DNA from: an uncultured Roseobacter sp.
GTDB lineage: Bacteria; Pseudomonadota; Alphaproteobacteria; Rhodobacterales; Rhodobacteraceae
Reading direction: 5' to 3'
Assembly: GCA_913054455.1 (NCBI GenBank)
Contig: CAJXIL010000002.1
Coordinates: 19,755-83,754, forward strand
Length of the DNA stretch: 64,000 nucleotides
Positions 59,137 through 64,000 of the stretch are shown here, one piece after another. The first letter of the stretch is position 1, and the number at the start of each line of letters is the position of its first letter. The position numbers and the translations under genes were made by a program. The notes beneath the pieces were generated by a model, which saw only the letters and a list, made by a program, of their open reading frames with translations, did no database searches and was not told the origin of the DNA.

Positions 59137-60405
59137 TTATTCAAAGACCGCTGAAGGATTGTCAAGACTGTCGGAGCCTTCGAATTCCAACCCATCCAGG
59201 CTGAGCAGGGTCACCACGCGTTCAATCGACCTTGTCTGGTCTACCAGCCCGTTGACGCCGCCCATGATCAGGGCTTCGCCTGCGGTATTGCCCTGCGCCA
59301 ACATCTGGTCGTAGGAGAAGCCTGCCTCTGCGGTTGATTTGATGCGACCCAGCGCCCGCATGGTGGTGGCCAGTTTAACCCGCATTTCACTGTCCAATGC
59401 GGGATTGGCTGCCACAACCAGATCAGAAAGGGAGGGGCCGGACACCAGCTCGCCATTTACGCGAATGTACTCGCCGAGGTAGACGTTTTGCACACCCAGC
59501 CCATCGTAGTAATGGCTGTTATGGGTATTGTCGGAAAAGCAATCGTGCTCTTCTTCTGGGTCATTCAGCATGAGCCCCAGGCGCATGCGCTCCCCGGCCT
59601 GTTCCCCATAGGACAGCGAACCCATGCCTGTCAGCATGGCAGAGATACCTGCGTTTTCATCGGCCAGCAGAGTGCTCCGTGCTGCGCCGGTTTCATCCCA
59701 TTGTGCAGCCATCCACTCCAGATCGGAGACCAGAAGATCGGTGGCGGCTTTGAGGTAGTCGCCGCGGCGGTCGCAATGGTCATTGGTGCAGTTGTCCCCT
59801 GCGGCGTAGTCGGTCCAGGAACGGTTACCCGCACCATGGTCTGTTCCGTTCAGATCCTGACCCCAGAGCAAGAACTCGACCGCGTGGTAGCCTGTGGCCA
59901 CATTTGCCTCTACGCCATCGGCTTCATGCAGGGTCTCGGAGAGCAGGTCGGGGGTGATGGCGCTGGTGTCGATGGATTTGCCGGAGAGATCAAATGCCGA
60001 ATTGGCGACGACGTTCAAAACGGCCAGAGCGTTTTCGTCGCTGGGGCCGCCATAGGTGGCATCCACATAGTCAATCAGTCCCTCGTCCAGTGGCCAGGCG
60101 TTCACCTTGCCTTCCCAATCATCAACAATGGCATTGCCAAAGCGGAAGACTTCGGATTGCTGATAGGGGACGCGGGCGGCAAGCCAGGCTTGACGTGCAG
60201 CTGTCAGAGCCTCGGCGGAGGGGGAGGCGATCAGGGTGTCTACAGCATGTTGGAGAGTTTGCGCAGTGGCAAGGCTGTCTTTATATTTTGCCTGGGCAAT
60301 ATTGGCGTAGTTGGTGAGAACCTCGGCTTTCTCCGCTGCCAGGCCTGGGGTGATGCTAAGTGCGAGACCCGCAAGGGCGGAGCCAGTGAGAAACAGATTT
60401 TTCAT
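59137..60405 (-). CDS. Imelysin family iron-regulated protein (IrpA/IcmP-like)
   Basis: 'AWLAAR.PYQQSEVFRF', 'NAWPLDEG.IDYV', 'TGYHAVEFLLWGQD', 'EEEHDCFSDNTH'. Confidence 0.93.
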   Translation of the reverse strand: MKNLFLTGSALAGLALSITPGLAAEKAEVLTNYANIAQAKYKDSLATAQTLQHAVDTLIASPSAEALTAARQAWLAARVPYQQSEVFRFGNAIVDDWEGKVNAWPLDEGLIDYVDATYGGPSDENALAVLNVVANSAFDLSGKSIDTSAITPDLLSETLHEADGVEANVATGYHAVEFLLWGQDLNGTDHGAGNRSWTDYAAGDNCTNDHCDRRGDYLKAATDLLVSDLEWMAAQWDETGAARSTLLADENAGISAMLTGMGSLSYGEQAGERMRLGLMLNDPEEEHDCFSDNTHNSHYYDGLGVQNVYLGEYIRVNGELVSGPSLSDLVVAANPALDSEMRVKLATTMRALGRIKSTAEAGFSYDQMLAQGNTAGEALIMGGVNGLVDQTRSIERVVTLLSLDGLEFEGSDSLDNPSAVFE

Positions 60406-60462
60406 TTTGAAATCCTTGGGTGGGTTGGCTTGGGAAATTTTGCCTGGGTGGGGCGGTGTTGG

Positions 60463-60942
60463 TCAGTGAAGCGTTGCAGTTCCCGGGCGATAGCACCGTC
60501 GGGAGGGCTCGCCGCAGGTGAGGTGTTGTAAAAACAATCCAGCTTGCGCAGCCCGCAGGCTTAGCTCCTGTGCTTGTTGCGGCGCGACGATTAGGGCAGC
60601 CAGCAGGTCTGCATCTGTGGCTTCGCCTTCAGTTGCGGCGGCGACAAGGTTGGCTAGACAATTCTCATCCGCGCCTAGGCAGGAGCAGGTCAGACCGTGG
60701 CGTATCAGGGGGCGGCGGCCGTGGGCGATGCAAAATTCGCAGAGCGCTCCAAAGCTTTCAAAGGTACTTTTGGCCAGGCCAGAGCCCAGGGCTTGGCAGA
60801 GCGTTTGATGTAGGTCCGCACGCGCCGTAGCACCGCCGAACCACGCGCGAAAATACCGCACGACACCAGCCTCCAGTGGAGGCAAATCCGCCAGCAAGCC
60901 GACGGCAACACCGCCGCGTCTGGATGGTTGCGGCTGGCTCAT
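60463..60942 (-). CDS. Cys-rich conserved hypothetical protein
   Basis: ATGA-coupled to hemP; 'CEFC..HGRRPL.RH...CSCLGADE.C'. Confidence 0.75.
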   Translation of the reverse strand: MSQPQPSRRGGVAVGLLADLPPLEAGVVRYFRAWFGGATARADLHQTLCQALGSGLAKSTFESFGALCEFCIAHGRRPLIRHGLTCSCLGADENCLANLVAAATEGEATDADLLAALIVAPQQAQELSLRAAQAGLFLQHLTCGEPSRRCYRPGTATLH

Positions 60943-61109
60943 TTTGTCAAGATTAGCTTTCCGGCCCGGGTGATCCGCAGGCTGTAGATCTGACCATTGA
61001 GAAGAATGCGCGCCTGAATGCCGCCGCGCGTCAGGTCCTCTGCGTGGTAGGTTGGGAAAACTTCGGGGGAGGCAGTGGTTGCCACTGGATCAGATGTCAT
61101 CTGGTTCAT
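60939..61109 (-). CDS. hemP: Hemin uptake protein HemP/HmuP
   Basis: C-terminal signature 'YSLRITRAGKLILTK'. Confidence 0.92.
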   Translation of the reverse strand: MNQMTSDPVATTASPEVFPTYHAEDLTRGGIQARILLNGQIYSLRITRAGKLILTK

Positions 61110-61273
61110 GAGGGTCGCCCATTGTTGAATTCCGCCTTGTCTAAAAGCCATTCCAGACAGAGCCCGGAGAGGGTTCCGCTGGGGGCAAAAACCGGAGCCC
61201 AAAGCGCGTCACGTTCTTCCGCCTCAACAGGGCGGCTGCGGGACATATTGGTCTGAGGGGTTTTGATCGACAT
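61106..61273 (-). CDS. Small hypothetical protein (55 aa), not in the ORF track
   Basis: MSIKTPQTNMSRSRPVEAEERDALWAPVFAPSGTLSGLCLEWLLDKAEFNNGRPS*; its TGA overlaps the hemP ATG; weak RBS. Confidence 0.45.
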   Translation of the reverse strand: MSIKTPQTNMSRSRPVEAEERDALWAPVFAPSGTLSGLCLEWLLDKAEFNNGRPS

Positions 61274-61345
61274 GGTGGCGATTTCTATTTGTGTGATGCG
61301 GATTGGGGCTGGCCTGTCGAGTCAGGTTGGCTGTGAGTCTTATAC

Positions 61346-61389
61346 CTGATTAATTTAATCAAGAAACCCTTCCTGACTATTTTTGTCAG
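61346..61389. promoter_or_regulatory. Tandem Iron-Rhodo boxes (IscR/Rrf2-type iron regulator sites)
   Basis: CTGATTAATTTAATCAA (61346-61362) and CTGACTATTTTTGTCAG (61373-61389) upstream of the hemP operon. Confidence 0.75.
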
Positions 61390-61488
61390 AAAAATTTACA
61401 TAGCTAATACATGTTTCCAATTTGGAAACTATCGTGACCATTGGAGACGCAAATACGCGGCCCACCAAGTGCGCGGGTTACCAAATGG

Positions 61489-61518
61489 AAAACCCCGCCT
61501 TCGAAAAAGGCAGGGTTT
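61489..61518 (-). terminator. metG intrinsic terminator
   Basis: Minus strand AAACCCTGCCTT-ttcg-AAGGCGGGGTTTT. Confidence 0.7.
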
Positions 61519-61574
61519 ACAGGTTTTGGCTCGCTGGGGCGCGCCGGATTGGCGTGTCTGGCCGAAGGCGTGAC

Positions 61575-63293
61575 TTAATCGCGGGTCCCTGCGAAACGTG
61601 CTTGCCATTCTTCACTCTGGTCGTCGGTGATCTTGGCAAAGAGGTTATCCGGTACGGTGAACTCATGTCCTACGGGTAAGGTGGAAAGGGCTGCTTCGAC
61701 GTCTTTGGGCCAGCTGTCGTCGGTGCAGTTCAACGCCTGCATCAAGACATTGGATGCGGTGGGGATAAAGGGGGCGCTGAGCACGGCGTAAAGCCGGATC
61801 AGGTTGAGCCCAAGGCGCACCTGCGTGGCAGCCAGCTGAGGGTCGGTCTTGAAGGTAGACCAAGGGGCGGTACTTTGCAGGTATTCGTTGCCGGCCACCC
61901 AAATAGCGCGCAGCTCTTGCGCGGATTTACGCACTTCCATGTTTTCCATGTGTTGCTCGTAGGCGCGAACACGGGTGGTGAGATCTGCAATCAACGCCTG
62001 CTCGGGGGCGCCATAGGGGGCGGACTCAGGCACAGCCTCGCCAAATTTTGAACGGCAGAACTTGGTGATGCGGCTGACAAAATTGCCAAGCACATCGGCT
62101 AGGTCTTTGTTCACGGACTGCTGGAACTGCTCCCAAGTGAATTCGGAATCCGAGCTTTCTGGCGCATGGCTGAGCAGCCACCAGCGCCAATAATCTGCGG
62201 GCAGGATTTCCAGCGCCTGATCCATGAAGATGCCGCGGCCCTGGCTGGTGGAGAACTGGCCACCGTCATAGTTCAGGTAGTTGAAGCTTTTGAGGTGATC
62301 GACCAGCTTCCAAGGCTCGCCTGAGCCCAGGATCGTGGCCGGGAAGGAGAGCGTGTGGAAAGGGACATTGTCCTTGCCCATGAACTGAACATATTTCACA
62401 TCGTCGGCGCCCATATCGGTGCGCCACCAGCGCTGCCAGTCAGCATCTGTCTTGCCATTGGCCTCGGCCCATTCACCAGCCGCAGCGATGTATTCGATAG
62501 GCGCGTCAAACCAGACGTAGAAGACCTTACCCTCCATGCCGGGCCAATCCTCGGTCCCCTTTTTCACCGGGATGCCCCAGTCAAGGTCACGGGTGATGCC
62601 GCGGTCCTGCAGCCCGTCGCCGTCATGCAGCCATTTCTTGGCGATCGAGGTGGTCAGCACGGGCCAGTCGGCTTTGCTGTTGATCCAGGCGTCCAGCTGG
62701 TCCTTCATCTGGCTTTGGCACAGGAACAGATGTTTTGTGGCGCGCACTTCCAGATCAGTGGAGCCTGAAATAGCCGAGCGAGGATTGATCAGGTCGGTGG
62801 GATCCAGCTGCTTGGTACATTCTTCGCATTGGTCGCCACGGGCATTTTCAAAACCGCAGTTGGGGCAGGTGCCTTCCACATAGCGGTCCGGAAGAAAGCG
62901 GCCATCAGCGTGCGAATAGATCTGGCTGTCGTCTACTTCGCGGATGAGGCCTGCCTCGGCCAGTTTGCCCGCAAAATGCTGGGTCAACGCGTGGTTCTGT
63001 GGGCTGGAGGAGCGGCCGAAGTGATCAAAGCTGAGGCCAAATCCCTTGGCGATATCGGCCTGAACCTGGTGCATTTCGGCGCAGAATTCATCGACGGGCT
63101 TACCCGTTTTGGCGGCAGCGAGCTCTGCAGGGGTGCCATGTTCATCGGTGGCACAGAGAAACAGAACCTCGTTGCCGGTGGCGCGCTGGAACCGGGCGTA
63201 GAGATCAGCCGGGAGCTGACTGCCAACCAGGTTTCCAAGGTGTTTGATCCCATTGATATAGGGAATTGCCGAAGTGATCAGAACGCGTGCCAT
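61575..63293 (-). CDS. metG: Methionine--tRNA ligase
   Basis: '[13 protein letters not shown]', 'TDEHG', Zn knuckle 'CPNC...GDQCEEC', 'YVWFDA', 'GKDN', 'FSTS'. Confidence 0.97.
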   Translation of the reverse strand: MARVLITSAIPYINGIKHLGNLVGSQLPADLYARFQRATGNEVLFLCATDEHGTPAELAAAKTGKPVDEFCAEMHQVQADIAKGFGLSFDHFGRSSSPQNHALTQHFAGKLAEAGLIREVDDSQIYSHADGRFLPDRYVEGTCPNCGFENARGDQCEECTKQLDPTDLINPRSAISGSTDLEVRATKHLFLCQSQMKDQLDAWINSKADWPVLTTSIAKKWLHDGDGLQDRGITRDLDWGIPVKKGTEDWPGMEGKVFYVWFDAPIEYIAAAGEWAEANGKTDADWQRWWRTDMGADDVKYVQFMGKDNVPFHTLSFPATILGSGEPWKLVDHLKSFNYLNYDGGQFSTSQGRGIFMDQALEILPADYWRWWLLSHAPESSDSEFTWEQFQQSVNKDLADVLGNFVSRITKFCRSKFGEAVPESAPYGAPEQALIADLTTRVRAYEQHMENMEVRKSAQELRAIWVAGNEYLQSTAPWSTFKTDPQLAATQVRLGLNLIRLYAVLSAPFIPTASNVLMQALNCTDDSWPKDVEAALSTLPVGHEFTVPDNLFAKITDDQSEEWQARFAGTRD

Positions 63294-63541
63294 GCCATCC
63301 ACCCATGTGTAAAGTCAGTGGCTCATCTACCCCATGCGGCGCGGCGCGAAAACCCCGGCTGAGCCATTCAGGAAATTTTTGGGTGCCAATCCAGCTTTAC
63401 CTTGCTTTGCGACCCACTCTGGCGCACCTATAACGGGAATAATCTTCCCAATGCCTTGAAATGTCACAGGGGCGTTCTCAAATACATTGCATGCCATTGC
63501 ATACCGAAAGCCATTTTCTGACCTAAGGATCTTGCCCATAG

Positions 63542-64000
63542 ATGTTTGACTACCTGTTTGCCCCGGATTTCCTGCCTTTTACTTTTGCGCTGGCGCTGTT
63601 GTTTGGCCTGGCGGGATTGGAATTGGCGGCCTTGCTGATCGGGGCGAGCTTTCTGGGTAGTGGAGATTCAGATGCGGATCTTGGTGGGGTGGATGGCCCT
63701 GACGCACTGGATCTGGGCGATATTGGTGGAGATTTCTCCATAGACGCCGATGGCTTGAGCGATTTTGGAGATCTGGGCGACCTGGATCTTGCAGATATCG
63801 ATGGCATGGATTTGGCCGAAGGTACTGCGACGGTAGAGGCCCCGGGCGGGGTGAGCAACTGGCTGGGCCTGGGCAAAATGCCGATGCTGATCTGGCTTGC
63901 GGTTCTGCTCTTGGGCTTTGGTCTAAGCGGCACGGGGTTGCAACTGGGCTTGAAATCCCTGTTCTCCCTGACTGCCCCAGCCTGGCTTGCCGCAGTGCCA
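63542..64000 (+). CDS. YqiJ/DUF1449-like inner membrane protein (5' part, runs off the window)
   Basis: MFDYLFAPDFLPFTFALALLFGLAGLEL..., an Asp/Gly-rich linker, then 'WLGLGKMPMLIWL...GFGLSG'. No stop in the window, so absent from the ORF track. Confidence 0.75.
   Translation, partial: MFDYLFAPDFLPFTFALALLFGLAGLELAALLIGASFLGSGDSDADLGGVDGPDALDLGDIGGDFSIDADGLSDFGDLGDLDLADIDGMDLAEGTATVEAPGGVSNWLGLGKMPMLIWLAVLLLGFGLSGTGLQLGLKSLFSLTAPAWLAAVP

Noticed and set aside
59488-60531. 347-aa plus-strand ORF
   Set aside because: Antisense shadow of the imelysin gene with no recognisable motifs; expected in GC-rich DNA
63660-63830. Quasi-repeats such as GATCTGGGCGA
   Set aside because: They encode the Asp/Gly/Leu-rich linker of the YqiJ-like protein; not a CRISPR or DNA repeat element
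1-64000. CRISPR arrays, tRNA/rRNA, prophage or defence systems
   Set aside because: No spaced repeats, structural RNA genes, integrase, nuclease or phage genes recognised by eye; a covariance-model scan was not possible

Overview
GC-rich alphaproteobacterial chromosome segment. Gene content and order suggest the marine Roseobacter group (inference). Left to right: (1) a Dpp/Opp-type ABC transporter operon ending in a gamma-glutamyltransferase and an M20 amidohydrolase; (2) a GlxA regulator/isochorismatase pair and a DmdA-like demethylase; (3) a partly decayed light/singlet-oxygen stress cluster with four RpoE(ECF11)-type promoters (TGATCY-N16-CGTA). It holds glutathione peroxidase, DUF393, TspO, a fasciclin remnant, a secreted MAFp3-like protein and a Stealth phosphotransferase on one side, and photolyase plus a C-factor SDR on the other; (4) between those halves, a module of hybrid kinase + OmpR regulator divergent from a PhnDCEE-like ABC transporter + HAD hydrolase, followed by an IS6-like scar; (5) a decayed sugar-modification cluster (rfbF fragment, GT2, epimerase remnant, CmcI-type methyltransferase), an orphan PAS hybrid kinase and DUF983/MocR/EamA; (6) an aerobic cobalamin cluster (cobF, cbiM-like, cobA, B, M, E, L, K, J, I, H, G, N, W, DUF1636, cobO) with two B12 riboswitches; (7) glpR-glpD; (8) an iron locus with Iron-Rhodo-type boxes: small ORF, hemP, Cys-rich protein, imelysin, porin-like protein, bfd, bfr, di-heme protein, imelysin, DUF1513; (9) metG and the start of a YqiJ-like gene. 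I saw no rRNA, tRNA or CRISPR array. All calls come from motif recognition by eye; no database searches were run.
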